Source: Neolecta irregularis DAH-3 (lineage: Eukaryota). Taken from it: DNA of 41,744 bases. The notes under the pieces are model-generated. The model had not been told where the DNA came from and ran no database searches. It saw only the letters and a list, made by a program, of their open reading frames with translations. The DNA is taken from contig LXFE01000417.1 of the NCBI GenBank assembly GCA_001929475.1, positions 1 to 41,744 on the forward strand, in the 5' to 3' direction. Numbering within the stretch: the first letter of the stretch is position 1; the number at the start of each line of letters is the position of its first letter. Positions 13,199 through 26,300 of the stretch are shown piece by piece. Made by a program: the position numbers and the translations under genes.

Positions 13199-16100
13199 TT
13201 AGCGCAGGTTTGGGGAAAATAGTCGCTCGAGAGTTTCTAGACGCTTTCTGTCTTTTTCTCGGACCTCGGCGGGTGCTTTTTCGATATATTTAGGTAGCTG
13301 CAGACGTGCTTTCAACAAATTGAGCTCTTTTTGCAGATATTCTATTTGATCATGATTCAGGTCTTTCGTTTTTGTGTCCTCTTTGGTATAAAGTAAGTGG
13401 ACCGCCAGATCCGACGAGATAACATTGCCAACCAACCCGCGTGTGCTTTCATCCTGGCATATTTAGTAGAGGTCAAGAAAACACCATACTGAAAATACAA
13501 GTTGTATCTTCCCTATTCCTGTCTGTCTTGCAATCTCGTCCTTGTATTCATCAAAGCTAGCAACAGCAAGTCCATCTTCTTTCATGTAACCAGTGATTTG
13601 AACGAATCCAGTAGAATCATTAGCTTTAGGAATTTGAAGCTTTTCGCGTAGAGCTCGGAATGATGCAATCACATCCACAACATTTTTCATCACCCTGCAT
13701 ATCCACTGGGGCATTTCTTGAGGAAATGCATCAATCTGTGGATAAGGCGAAAGCATTATTGATGGACGATTCGGCTCAGTTTCCATCATTTGCCATATTT
13801 CCTGGAGTTAATAAGCTCGTGTCGATGGGAAACTGGAAATATACCTCTGTTACAAACGGCATCAAAGGGTGTAATAATTTCAGGCACGTTGCCATGCACA
13901 TATACAACGTTTTGAGAGACTTTCCTGACTGTAATTTGACGCTCGAATCGGAATTCTCTTTCAAATCCCACATCCCTCTTTTACTGAACTCGAGGTAAAT
14001 ACCACAAAGATCGTCGATAATGAAGGATCGCAGTTTTATTGTTGCTTCGTACAAGGCCTTGCTCTCAAACGCCTCCACAGATGCTTTAGTAGCCTCGGAT
14101 AATTTTGCCATAATGTATATATCATGCAAAAGAGGTTGTGGGAGATGTTCAAAATGATGTTCGTTAAGACCAGAGGCAATAGCTTTATCACGATACACTT
14201 GAAAAAACTGGAATGCATTCCACAGTTTAGAGATTAAAGCTCGCGCTGACTTGACATTATTTTCATCCATACATATCTTTCTGGACTGTAAGTTAGACTG
14301 GAAGGAGAAAGGGAAGTACTTGAATAGTAGAGTCGACCAAAGCGAATCTGAGAGCATCTGTTCCGAGCGCTGGGATGCCCTTAGGAAACTTTTGCTTGAT
14401 ATTTTCCAGACTACGCTCAACTTCATTTTGGGAGAGGTTGCCATTGTGGATTTCCGTCTCCAAGAGCTCCTTCGAGACTCCGTTGATAATGTGCAAAGGA
14501 TCAATCACATTTCCCAGTGATTTCGACATTTTCCGGCCATGGGAATCGCATACCATAGGGTGTAGCCATACCTCCTTAAACGGAGCTTGTCCAGTAAGGT
14601 GTGTTCCGAGTAAGGCCATTCTTGCAAGCCAAAAGAACAAGATGTCTGAACCACTTTCCACAATATCGAGTGGGTAGTTAGACTATAATTTAGCAATGTC
14701 TTGCAAACCAAACTGAACGGGTACTGCTTTCCCATCCCATCCAAAAGCCGACAACGGGAGTAGCGCAGACGAGAACCAAGTGTCTAAAACATCCTCGTCT
14801 TGGACAATTGGCATTCCGCCAGCCTTTTTACTGGCTTCTCCTTCAGTTTGGGCGGCAACCCACTGTTCAGTTCCTTTGATGTTCCATGCTGGAATACGAT
14901 GACCCCACCAGAGTTGCCTGGAAATGCACCAATCTTGAACGTTTCCAAGCCATTGTTCCCAAATCTTGGAAGAGCAAGATGGTGTAAAACGAGGTACCTG
15001 TCTCTTGAGATCATCAAGAACACGCTCAGCAAGTGGTGTGGTCATTATGAACCTGCTCAGTTAGCCCCGCTTGGTTCGATTTTTATACCATTGAGGTCGA
15101 AGCATTGGTTCAATAATGTCTCCAGATCGGGAACATCGGGCCAGGTGCATTGTGTGATTCTTCTTTCCAGAGTACAGTCCCTTTTTATTGAGCAAATCGC
15201 ATGTTTTCGCTCTAACAGCAAGTCTATCCAGACCCTGTCAAATTAATAAAGGCCGAGCTTGAGAGTACTTCGAGTTCTTGCATACCGCAGCTCTTCGTCA
15301 TCTTTCCATTGCCATCAAAGATAGCTACAGTTTCAATTTTGTGTCGTTTTGAGAATTCATAGTCTTCCAAATCATGTGCGGGTGTAATCTTGAGGGCTCC
15401 GGTTCCGAGTTCAGGATCGACAAAGTCTCTATCCGCAATGATCGGCAATTCAAGGCCAGGTATCAATGGATGTCGGACTTTGTTTTGAACAAGTTCCTGA
15501 TGATAAGGTTGGCTATATAATCAGGAGGTACCTTTGCTCTTGGAATGTCTGGGTGAATAGCTATAGCTCGATCTCCAAATATAGTTTCAGGTCGCGTAGT
15601 TGCGACAGTAATTTTGTCTAGTCCAGGGAGAGCATGAACGAGGGGGTAATCAATAAAATGAAGGACGCCGACCTCAATACTGTACAATTAATTGACCTGG
15701 GCCATTATGATACATACCTGTTCGCACCTCCTTCTATTGACAATATCTTGCTCTCTGTAACTTTCTCGTAGTTGACTTCGATATCCGAGATCGCTGTACC
15801 GAGTTTGCAAGACCAATTGACCATTCTGTTCCCACGATAAATTAAGCCTTGGTCGAATAAAACTATGAAAGCAGTATTAACCGCGGATGATCTCGGTTCA
15901 TCGAGTGTAAAGAATTCGTTCTCCCAGTCTAATGAAGCTCCAAGCTTTTTCTGCCGAATATCAACATGATAGAGATGGACGGACATACAATTTGATTGGT
16001 AATAACACTGCTATATTCCGTTTTCCACTTCCAGACTTGTTCTGTAAACTTTTCCCGGCCCAATTCGTCTCTGCCAATCTCTCAATGCTTAATATTCTGA

Positions 16101-16597
16101 TTTGAGGTGAAAGGAGCGCACCCCTCTGGATTTTCGCAATGCTTTCTCAACGATATTTTGAGTTGCAATTCCGGCATGATCAATACCAGGTCTCCAAGAA
16201 ACTTGATATCCGCTCATTCTGTACCATCTCGCAAGTGCATCCTTTATTAAATCAGACACAATGATGATTCTTAATCTCACTTGTATACTCAACGTTAAAG
16301 CATGCCCAATGTGTAGCTTTCCGGTAACATTCGGAGGAGGAAGAAGCATGCTGATCTTTCCTAATGGCTGGGATCTTGAAGATGCTTGAAAGCACCCCTG
16401 TGATTCCCACCAATCGTACCATCCTTGTTCTACCCTTGCCTGGGATACAAGTGAGTAGGAATACAAAAATGGAGATGTACCGGATCGTACGCTTTCTCTA
16501 GTTTCCTCACAGATTTTGTGGTAACATATTGAATATTTTTGAATATTCTAGTATAATTCGACGGCCGGACACTAAAACGAGCGACAATAGTGTTCAT
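13199..16597 (-). CDS. Valyl-tRNA synthetase, probably mitochondrial; about 12 introns
   Basis: Motifs [63 protein letters not shown] and KMSKS. The N-terminus [23 protein letters not shown] is Arg-rich with no acidic residues, like a presequence. Confidence 0.92.
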
Positions 16598-16808
16598 TCA
16601 ATAATCCGAGGGCCTCCAATTATCTGGGCGAAAATAATTCAAGTCAAATGTTCATCCGGGGTTCGCCGAGAATCGGACACGAGCTACCAGATGCAGGTCA
16701 TAAATAATACGAGGAATCTGTAGTAATACATGTAACTTGAACTCACATTGGTGATTACCAGAAGACTAGATAATATCAATTGGAATCCAACCATTACAAA
16801 AAAGTTAA

Positions 16809-17880
16809 TTACTCGCCTATTTCTTTGTAAAACGGAGCCATTTTGATTTGATTAGTGTTTTTGGGGTTCAAAACAGCGATACCAGCTCTCACCAATAAAC
16901 GAACAACACTCGAATCACCGCCCACTGAAATCCACTCATCACCCTCAACCACAACTGAATTCAATAAATTCTATGGGGGTGATCAGACGGTATAAAAGAA
17001 ACGCATTCACCTCTAATATTTCCTTGAATTCATCTCCGAGTGAGGAATTAACTGTAGATTCACCGACTCCAAGATATTTATCTAGTGTTTCTTGTTTTTT
17101 GCGGTTTGTTGGTATATCAAGATATCCAATCTGCGACCCCTGATTTTCAGCATCCAGTAATTGCACGATGGTGGTATCGATAAACGTTCTCAATGTTCCC
17201 ATTATATAAATATCATCCTTTTCAATTTCTTTTATTTTTTCTTCATGTTGGCTAGACATTTAGTCGTGGAAATTGGAGTAATGTACCTTATTATATCGTG
17301 GAGCGAGTCGCCCGAAGATTGCTCAATATTTTCCAATCGCCGCTGCAATCCATCGTGAATCTCGCTTATTTCTCGTAAATATTCCTTGCGCCTTGATTCA
17401 GCATCTGGAGACAAACAAGTATACCGTGAAAGAAGACTTGTCGTTTCGTGAATTGAAGCGATGACCGTACTACTCAATTCACCTGCTTCACGTACAGTTG
17501 TGTGTAAATTCTTCTTGTTGAGGATGCTTGGAATCAAACTATCTTTGTCGGGAATAAAAGTTGTCGTGATGGCAGATTTATATGCATTGATTATTGAGCT
17601 TGTAGATTCTTCATTTGAGATTATCTGCCATTAGATGTGAATATTCGGACTAATCTACCGTGTCTTGTAAAGATTGCTGTGTTTTAATATGGTTGATTGC
17701 ATCCTTGTGTTCGTTTATTTTTTCGTTCAGTAGTGCGATCGTGGCGTCTAATTGCGAATCGTCGCGTTGATTGATACAAGAGGTTCTAGGCACCGAGCCT
17801 GTATTTTTGTAGGCAAGAATTTTGAGACGGACACATTTTCTTACAAAGTCTTGTGTTTGTGGAGATAACTCGTGTGTCAT
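16809..17880 (-). CDS. Probable centromere protein K (CENP-K/Sim4-like) coiled-coil kinetochore protein; about 4 introns
   Basis: The spliced C-terminus SVVRLLVRAGIAVLNPKNTNQIKMAPF resembles the CENP-K C-terminal motif (LVR..IA..HP.D...I.L..F), preceded by a helical coiled-coil body. Confidence 0.6.
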
Positions 17881-17994
17881 GTTGTGGAAGGGCGGAACAG
17901 AGTGAGGGTAAATAAAACACAAATATGATATTCAATACATAGGCACCAGGCACCATCCAGATCCTTTCAACCTGACCATTATGAGGTCTCTGAA

Positions 17995-19749
17995 TTATAC
18001 AACAGTTTCTCCATCTTTAATACTCAGCTGTTCTTCTATCTGTACGGCACGATTCAGTCTACGAGTTTTGCGAATTTCAAGCCTCCTCGATTGATAATTC
18101 AGTCTCAGTCTTTCTCTCTGGTTGCTGGTACACCGCATCTCTCTCAGCGCAACTCGAGTAAACATCGTCATCGCATACTTGTACTTTCTCGAAAACTTCA
18201 CAACAGTCATCACCCGATTGTACCTCTTTTTCGCAATAACCCCAATCATAACCATACTCCTTCTCGAAATCCACATCCTCGCCACAGAGAGCGCCCATTT
18301 CCATCGCTCGGTACTAATTCGTTCTCCCCTCAATACGGCAATTTTTAAAATGGCCCCCGCAGTGATTTTACTGCCAAAGTAGTTTAATCGCTTAAATTCG
18401 CAAAGAATACGCATAATTAGATGTGTCGCGTTGGTAGTTCCCAAGCCCTTTGCCCGTGCAAAATTTACAGCCATGTGATTCAAGAGTGCTTTTGAAGGCT
18501 TGATGCGTCTTTTCACCATGATTTTGTATATGGAAAAAGTATACTTTGGACATAAAAGGGAAGAAGACTGAATAAAGGTTCTGTAGATTCGAGGGGATAT
18601 GCAGAAATTGTTTGATTTGGTGATTACGTCGTATGCCAAATCGAAGCGACTTCGAAGGATTGTTAGGCCATGGACTATGATGTACATTTCTGGTTCGGTT
18701 AGAGCGACGTCGGCTGATGTTAGACAAAATAGAAATTCAAACATGGGTTCAAGATGAATTTCGTGTAAAAATGAACGAATTGTTTTGGAAAGGATGGGAC
18801 GAGTGTCGGTGTCGAATTTGGTCGAGCCTGGAGTACTGGCTATTGTTTGGGTATCGGGATATATAACCGGACGGTGAATCAAGATTAAAATTGCTTGGGC
18901 AAAGAATTGAGGTGGGGAGACTTGTTTGTTTAGCATCGTTTCTGGATTTTCTGTCGACATTACTTGACTTTTAGAAAAGTGAAAACGACGGAGACGGAGG
19001 TGGTGATTTATTGTGCCGATGATCACTTCATTTCTGAAGCAGGACATATTTAGGAATTTGATGAGGAGGGATGTGTCGTTGTTTAGGAATTGACCAATGA
19101 TGAGGGCTTGGACGTCTAGATCAATGACTGTTTGGTTGAAATATCTAATTGTTTTGATTAATACATGAGAGTGATCGATGTTCCAGGCGTTATGACGGCG
19201 CTTTGTCTGGATTCGAGCGATGAGGATTCTTAGAGCATCGTTTAATCTTTGCGGATCGAGGGCCATGAATATTGATCTGAGAGGTTTTGAAGGGTGGATG
19301 TCGTTTGTTTTTGATTTGTGTTGGAAACACAACAAGAATTCAAAGGCGGATGCGAGGAGAGCGGCTGGTGGATGAGGAGTGGATTCGATGATGCGTTTGA
19401 CGAGGGAGACATGTCGTAGTTTTATTGCTCGGCCCAAGATGAGGTGGTTGATAGTATCGACGAAGGGTATTTTTGCACAAATGATGAGATTGAATATGCA
19501 TTCAAGGGGTTTTGGCGAGTTGCAGCTCTGGATGATGGGCGGGAGGATGCGCGGATGTATAGGCAGGATATTGAGGAGGATGCGATTGAATTCGGGGTAT
19601 TTGTTGTGTTTGAGGTGGGAAAGGAGGAGTGAGTGAATATCAGGATGAGTATCAGGATGAATATTAGAACGAGAATTAGGATTAGAACGAAGATTGGAAT
19701 GGAAATGATGGTGAAAATAAGAGCATGTTGCTAGTCGCCGCTGTAGCAT
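17995..19749 (-). CDS. Intronless 584-aa basic helical protein, probably a mitochondrial degenerate PPR-repeat protein
   Basis: Long uninterrupted ORF. The N-terminus MLQRRLATCSYF is presequence-like, and ISPRIYRTFIQ...FSIYKIMVKRRIKPSKALLNHM resembles a PPR motif. Confidence 0.55.
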   Translation of the reverse strand: MLQRRLATCSYFHHHFHSNLRSNPNSRSNIHPDTHPDIHSLLLSHLKHNKYPEFNRILLNILPIHPRILPPIIQSCNSPKPLECIFNLIICAKIPFVDTINHLILGRAIKLRHVSLVKRIIESTPHPPAALLASAFEFLLCFQHKSKTNDIHPSKPLRSIFMALDPQRLNDALRILIARIQTKRRHNAWNIDHSHVLIKTIRYFNQTVIDLDVQALIIGQFLNNDTSLLIKFLNMSCFRNEVIIGTINHHLRLRRFHFSKSQVMSTENPETMLNKQVSPPQFFAQAILILIHRPVIYPDTQTIASTPGSTKFDTDTRPILSKTIRSFLHEIHLEPMFEFLFCLTSADVALTEPEMYIIVHGLTILRSRFDLAYDVITKSNNFCISPRIYRTFIQSSSLLCPKYTFSIYKIMVKRRIKPSKALLNHMAVNFARAKGLGTTNATHLIMRILCEFKRLNYFGSKITAGAILKIAVLRGERISTERWKWALSVARMWISRRSMVMIGVIAKKRYNRVMTVVKFSRKYKYAMTMFTRVALREMRCTSNQRERLRLNYQSRRLEIRKTRRLNRAVQIEEQLSIKDGETVV

Positions 19750-19893
19750 CGAGTAGTGGGCATCCAGTGGTGGTTGATATGTATTTTTTATTTTGTATTC
19801 ACATTTGGCTCTATTCCTTACACCGCTATCTCAACTCTGCTATATTACATTCAGCTCTATATACTCAACTATATTCAACATCAATCCCATTGA

Positions 19894-20310
19894 ATGTCAT
19901 ACCTCCGTCATGTAGCACGCCATCTCGCAGATCTCGACAAGGACAATTACACAGACACAAAGATCGACCTGCCCAAACACCGAAGTACTCTCCGTCTTCT
20001 ATAGCCGCTTATTCAGATCCTCCAAAGAAAAAACACTCACCCGCGGTTAAGAAACTGCTTGCCTCAAAAAAGACATTTGCAAACCTCCTCGACGAAGCTG
20101 TACTTGCAGTTCCCGCTCGCCGCTCATATACAGGGCTCAAACTGTTCCTATGTAAAGGCAGCTGCTCCTCCATCTGTCTACCCACCTCGACACCTCTGCG
20201 GCGTTTGTAGTTACTGGGGCCGCTATCTCTGTGTGCGGTGCCATTCGCACTACTGCTCTACCCCCTGCCGCGACATTCACCTAGAAACACGATGCATGAA
20301 GTTTTTATAA
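19894..20310 (+). CDS. VPS71: SWR1 complex zinc-finger HIT subunit Vps71/Swc6 (ZNHIT1); 2 introns
   Basis: Spliced RHLADLDKDN...KKTFANLLDEA...YVKAAAPPSVYPPRHLCGVCSYWGRYLCVRCHSHYCSTPCRDIHLETRC. Confidence 0.9.
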
Positions 20311-20356
20311 CTCAAACTTGATCTACATCGACGTTCTATGTATATCGACGATGCGG

Positions 20357-22924
20357 TTATGACTGTCTAAGATAATGACCAATGACCTGCTGCAGCCACT
20401 GCGCTTGGATTCCAGACACATTGCGCACATACGCCCTGGTCGTATACACGGATTCGCTGAATACGATTGCCTCCACTTTTTTCCCAAACATCGTACTCCC
20501 CGGATGGATATGAATAATCTGCAGTCAGCTTTACTTTAACACCAATTTACCTGGCCCTGTACAGTCTTGTAGCTCCCGTCCGCCTGTAACAGCGCCGTGT
20601 TGCTGCTGAACCCGCTCAAAAAACACCTTAAAATTTTTTCGCTATCGTCTGCCGCCCCCGAGTCTATCCCAAACCTCTGGCAGTACTCTTGCAGCTGTTT
20701 CCGCACATCCTATGATATCAGTCAGGCTAAACACCAGTCTGCACTGTCACCGTCTTCATCCCGCGGCCGCTGATAAAATTCCTCTCGCACCATACCCTGC
20801 GCTCTCCTTTGCTCCCTAGCTCCAGGTACTGCCGCACCACATTGAGTAATGTAAGATGATCTCCCGTCGAACTCATTACTCGAGCCCTAATTTCACCCAC
20901 TTCGTCCCTTTTACCCTGCGGCGTCACAAAAATAGCTTCTGAAGAAAGACACGCGACAATATCAATCACTTGCGATACGCAATTCGCTTCGCGGGCTGCA
21001 AGAAGAGTCCGCGATAGAGCAGGCGCAAGCGGAAGCACGGACATTTCTTTTCCAAGTGTTGTTATTTCCCCTGCCTGATCTAATGCACCCAACGCAAACA
21101 ACAACTCGTGTGCTCGAATCACTATTCTTAGCCCCGCAAATCAACAAAAGAAAAATTCATACGTGATTCACGACTAGGCATATCCATAAACTCAAACTCC
21201 ATGATATTCTTCTCGCCGCGTGCTTTCAACATCAGCACTGCCATTCCCAAATCACATCTCAAAATCTCGGGTCTCGTTGCCTCCTCCATTTTGTCAAACG
21301 CTGATTCCGTATATAATCGAAAACACCGGCCGGGGCCTTCTCGACCTGCCCGTCCAGTCCGTTGTTTAGCGGAACTCTTGCTAATACCTTGCACTGTCAA
21401 CGTTTCCAGCCCCGATTTCTCTGAATACGACTTGATTTTCACGAGTCCCGTGTCAATCACATAAGTCACTCCAGGAACAGTAACTGAGGTTTCCGCAATA
21501 TTGGTTGACAGAATCACTTTACGTGTATTTGCGGGAGCAGGTTGGAATACTTGCATTTGTTTGCTCTGGGATAGAGACGCGAATAATGGCAGTGGTAATA
21601 TCTACGGTTAGTAACATCTTCATCAAAATATTACCTTTATACAATCATCAGACAACTGTTGCCCATACTCCACTATCAACCCTTCTAAATTCTCAATCTC
21701 GTCTTGTCCTATAAATGTCAACTTTTGAAACACAAACTACTTACCCGTCAGGAAAACAAGAATATCTCCAGGTGGCATATTAACATGAATCTGAAACACC
21801 GTCCTCAAAAGCGCATCGCAATAATCTTTTTCCGGAGACACAGAATGGTAAACATCAACTGGAAACTGTCTGCCCTCCACAAAACAAACCTCCGCCTCAT
21901 CAAAAAATTTGGAATATCTCTCACCTTGAATAGTCGCACTCATCACAACCACCCGAAACTCTTTCCTTCTTTTCATTAAATTTTTGAGAAATCCAAGAAG
22001 TAGATCAGTTAACAATGTCCGTTCATGCGCTTCATCAAGTATAATACTATTATACCCTTTTAAATCGTTCGAAACAATTAATTCTCGTAGAAGCATTCCA
22101 TCAGTAAGATATTTAATTCGAGTTTTAAAACATGTTTTGTCGTCAAAGCGGATTGAGTAACCTACTTTATCGCCTAATTTAGTTGCTTGTTCTTGAGAAA
22201 CGCGTTTTGCAAGGGTGATAGCGGCGACTCGACGGGGTTGAGTTATTCCAATTACACCCTTTTGAGCAAACGATGCTTTTAATAAAAATTGAGGAATTTC
22301 TAGAGTTGGTGTTTTTTATTTTTTGAAGAGGGTACGTGTTGATTTTCCGGAACCAGTTTCGCCTAGGATTATTATTACTTGAGATGATTCGAGTTTTTCA
22401 ATGAGAGATGCCTGAGCTTTTGAATATTAGTTTTTGTGGTATATGGAATAGATACCTGACCATATTGGAAGTTTCTCTCGTTCTTGTTTAAGTTTCTTGG
22501 CTGTTTCTTTTAAACTCCGCCATTCTGTGTCGTTTGGAACGGGTGGTTGGTATTTCTTGGTGAATGTTGTTGCAGATTTATCTGATATAAACTTTGACCC
22601 CCAATCAAAAGTATTCACAATCCCATCCTTATTGCGGTTGTCTGATACTCTGTTCAAAATCTGCTCGTTTGGTTGTTTTACAAGTTTGAAGGTGGTAGAA
22701 TTGGTTGAATAGTTATCGCAGACACTTGTCTTCATTTTTTCGAGATCCGTGCGAGGTATAAACGGGCCCTTTCTCTCATCCTCGTTCCTCAATATCTTTT
22801 TAAACCCATCAACCCTCTCTTTCTTGTCATCGTCATCTTCATCTCCAAAGAAATTAACGACTCTTTTCCGAGGTTTCTCGCCTTCATTTTTACGGACTTT
22901 CTCTTCGGACGAACGGTTTCCCAT
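20357..22924 (-). CDS. DHR2: DEAH-box RNA helicase, Dhr2/Prh1 (DHX33)-like; 7 introns
   Basis: Motifs [50 protein letters not shown] and QRTGRAGRE. The last continues as AGREGPG, typical of DHX33/Dhr2. HA2 and OB-fold segments follow. Confidence 0.85.
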
Positions 22925-23086
22925 TTCAGCAATCGTAGCAGTCGTTGTATCTCGTTTCTTTAAATGGAATGGATTCCTGTTCGAACTTGATAATAACGTT
23001 GACGAAAAATGGATTTCCCGCATTTTCCAATTGTGAAGTTGAACAAGACCCCTTTCGTCTACTGCCAAAAAAACTTTATTCAGATT

Positions 23087-23306
23087 CACGTGTTTTCGCG
23101 AATTCTAGTGCGTCGACACGTCAATACCTAAAATCGCAAATGTAAAATATCAAAGATTATCTTGAATATGTTGACTTGGAGATCTACATTTTCTATCAAG
23201 ACGAAAATATCAGTGTCAAGGAATGAGTAGATAAAACGCGTGACGAGTACTAGAGTCCAGTTTGGATCAGGTCAACACCAAAATTCAATTGCTATTGTAC
23301 GACGCG
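23087..23306. promoter_or_regulatory. Divergent DHR2/SGS1 promoter with MCB-like elements
   Basis: ACGCGT at 23236-23241, ACGCG at 23302-23306, TTCGCGAA at 23095-23102 and CACGTG at 23087-23092, all upstream of the RecQ ATG at 23345. Confidence 0.4.
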
Positions 23307-23344
23307 GATATTCAATATCATTATATGTCTACATATTCTAATTG

Positions 23345-26300
23345 ATGTCCGCGGCAATTGGTTTGCCCAAAAACAATCTGCAGTTGCAGATCTCCTGGTT
23401 TACGCAAGAGAAACTACATCATCCGCCTCAATTCGAGCACAAGCCCGATCAAAAGCTGCTTAACCCAGTTGTACAATCGACTAATGCAATTAGAAAGTTT
23501 GTGTTTCCCTCGATAGACAACGTTGTTGGAGGTCTTATGTCTTCCAGTGGTATGGCTGAACAAATTGCGACTCACGGTAATAATGGTACTTTTACGCGTA
23601 TGTCTGATAGTAACCCGATATTTCAGTATCCCGTATCGATCCCAAAATACTTGTATCAGCACGGAAAATAAATCTTCTCGACAGCCACGACTTCGACGAT
23701 TACCTAGGCGTGGAAATATCTCCCAATATCACGAAACGGAAACCCACCTCACCTCGGAAGAATCTCGAGAAACGAAGAAAGAGTTCGCCTGTAGTTGGGA
23801 ATATACCGGATATCCCAAAGCGAATTGTGAAAGATTCGGAAGGCGAGTCTGATTTGGAACCAGAAGTTTTAGATACACCAGGATTTGTTGGTTCGCCCAC
23901 GAAAGATATCTTCTGTGAGACTATGGAAAGACCTGTTAGTCCTACCCCTCTTCGTGATTCCGGTTCCGATGAACTGGTCAGGAAAACATGTATCATTCCC
24001 CGAGATAAAATTCGTCCATCCATTTCAAACTCATTGCGGCCAAGAGAAAATAGCTCAAGACTAAGTATGAGCAATGATCGCGACGCTCCGCACCTATCGG
24101 AAGAAGTTCATCGTCGACCTCTCCAAGTCTCGCCTTTCGGTTTAGATTCTCCCACGAGATCCAATTCATCACATCAAGACTCTACAAAAGCGTCGGAGCG
24201 TCTAGGTTCATCGACTTCACACACTTCAAGCATTTATACAAACGTGCTTTGAATCTTCAACCCGAATCTAACAGCAAGATACCCGAGTCAGGATTGATTC
24301 CTCTGGTCTCCTTTTGGGAAAAACAACTTGTTAGCGCCAAAGATGCAATTGTCAATTTGGTTATGATACAGGAGACTATGCCCTTTGAAATTTGGCAGAT
24401 GCATATGAATGAAGCCAAGGAAATAAAGTATAGTGTTTAATTCGATCTTTGTTACTGATACTTTTCAGGCGAAACGCAGAAGAAAAATCTAACGCGGTCA
24501 GGGAAGCCTTGAATATTGCCCGAGGTCAAGCATCAACCCCTGTTCCATGTAAACCCTATGTGCGTTCTTTTTTTTACATCTCGGTTTTCCTGATCCTCTA
24601 GTCTTCTCCAAAAACTACATGTAGTCAAACCCACATCGCCACCCCTCCAAAATCATCAGTTGTCAAACGGACACCTGGAAGAAGTGCTCGAACAGTCATG
24701 AATCAACTCTTCTCACCATCTCCTCGAAGTAAAATTAGAGAGCTGCGACGTGAATTGCCGTCCATGAATTCGTTACCGCCAAATCCAAACATCTCTTCAT
24801 CATCCAAAACACCACGTGAAGTGATCAGCCTTGATTCTGATGATGATCTTCCACCCTTGCCCGTTTTTCACGACGTCGATATACCCGATGATCTACTTGA
24901 AGACGAGTACACTGGCTCACCAGCCCCGCGGAATCAATTTACCTTTGAAGATGATGGTATAGAAGTCATTGCAAATTCACGGTCTCGCCAGCCTCTGAGC
25001 GATACGACATATGTTACAAACTCGCCACCACAGAGGCTTGCTACAAAACGACTGATTCGAAAGCCTGCTGAACTCAACCTGGCGGGAAATGAATCTTCTG
25101 GGTCAACATCAGCCGCAGTAGATTCGATGACGGTCAATATGCCGCTTATGAGTAATCCCGAGATGCAAAATCCTTGGTCAAGAGATGTGGCTGGTGCTTT
25201 GAAGCAAGTCTTTCATCTTCAGGGATTCCGCCAAAATCAGCTCGATGCAATCAATACCACTCTTTCTGGGGAAGATTTATTTGTTCTCATGCCTACTGGA
25301 GGCGGTAAAAGTTTGTGTTACCAATTACCCTCAATCATCGACTCTGGGAGAACCAGAGGCGTCACTATCGTTATTTCTCCGTTGATATCATTAATGCAGG
25401 ATCAGGTGGAACATCTTCTTGATCTCAATATACCCGCTCTTGTCATCAACGGTGATTTGTCGGCAGAACAAAGAAGAGGTGCCTACGATTCTCTGAAACA
25501 ATCAGATGTGAAGATTAAGCTGTTGTATGTTACGCCGGAAATGCTTAGTAAAAGCAATCAAATGCAAAATCTAATGGATAATTTTAATCGTCGCGGACTG
25601 TTGGCTAGAATAGTCATCGATGAAGCACACTGTGTCTCACAGTGGGGCCATGATTTTCGACCGGATTACAAAATCCTTGGAAATCTCAAGGAGAAGTTCC
25701 CAAGGGTTCCGTTCATTGCACTTACGGCTACCGCAAATGAACACGTCAAGAAAGACGTTAAGCTTCAACTCCGAATACCCAATTGTCGCTTCCTCACACA
25801 GTCGTTCAATCGCCCGAATTTGATGTATATCGTTCGTCCAATGGTCAAAGATACCATCTCGCAAATCGGAAAAATGATTTCTGATCAATATTCAGGTCAG
25901 TCAGGAATTATCTATTGTCTTTCGCGTAATCAGTGCGAAACCACTGCTCAGAAGCTCAAGGAGTTCCACATAAAAGCAAATCATTATCATGCAGGAATGG
26001 AGAGGAATGAACGGGCGGCCGTCCAACGTGATTGGCAAAAGGGGAAATATCCAGTCATTGTTGCTACAATCGCTTTCGGGATGGGGATCGATAAAGGCGA
26101 TGTTCGCTTCGTTATCCATTACTCGCTCCCAAAATCTCTGGAAGGCTACTACCAAGAAACTGGTAGAGCTGGTCGAGACGGGAAAGCTAGTGTTTGCACA
26201 TTATTTTATTCATGGGGGGATAAATCCAAATTGGAACGAATGATTGATCAAGGAGACGGCGACTGGAATCAAAAGGAATTACAAAGATTGCAACTTCGAC

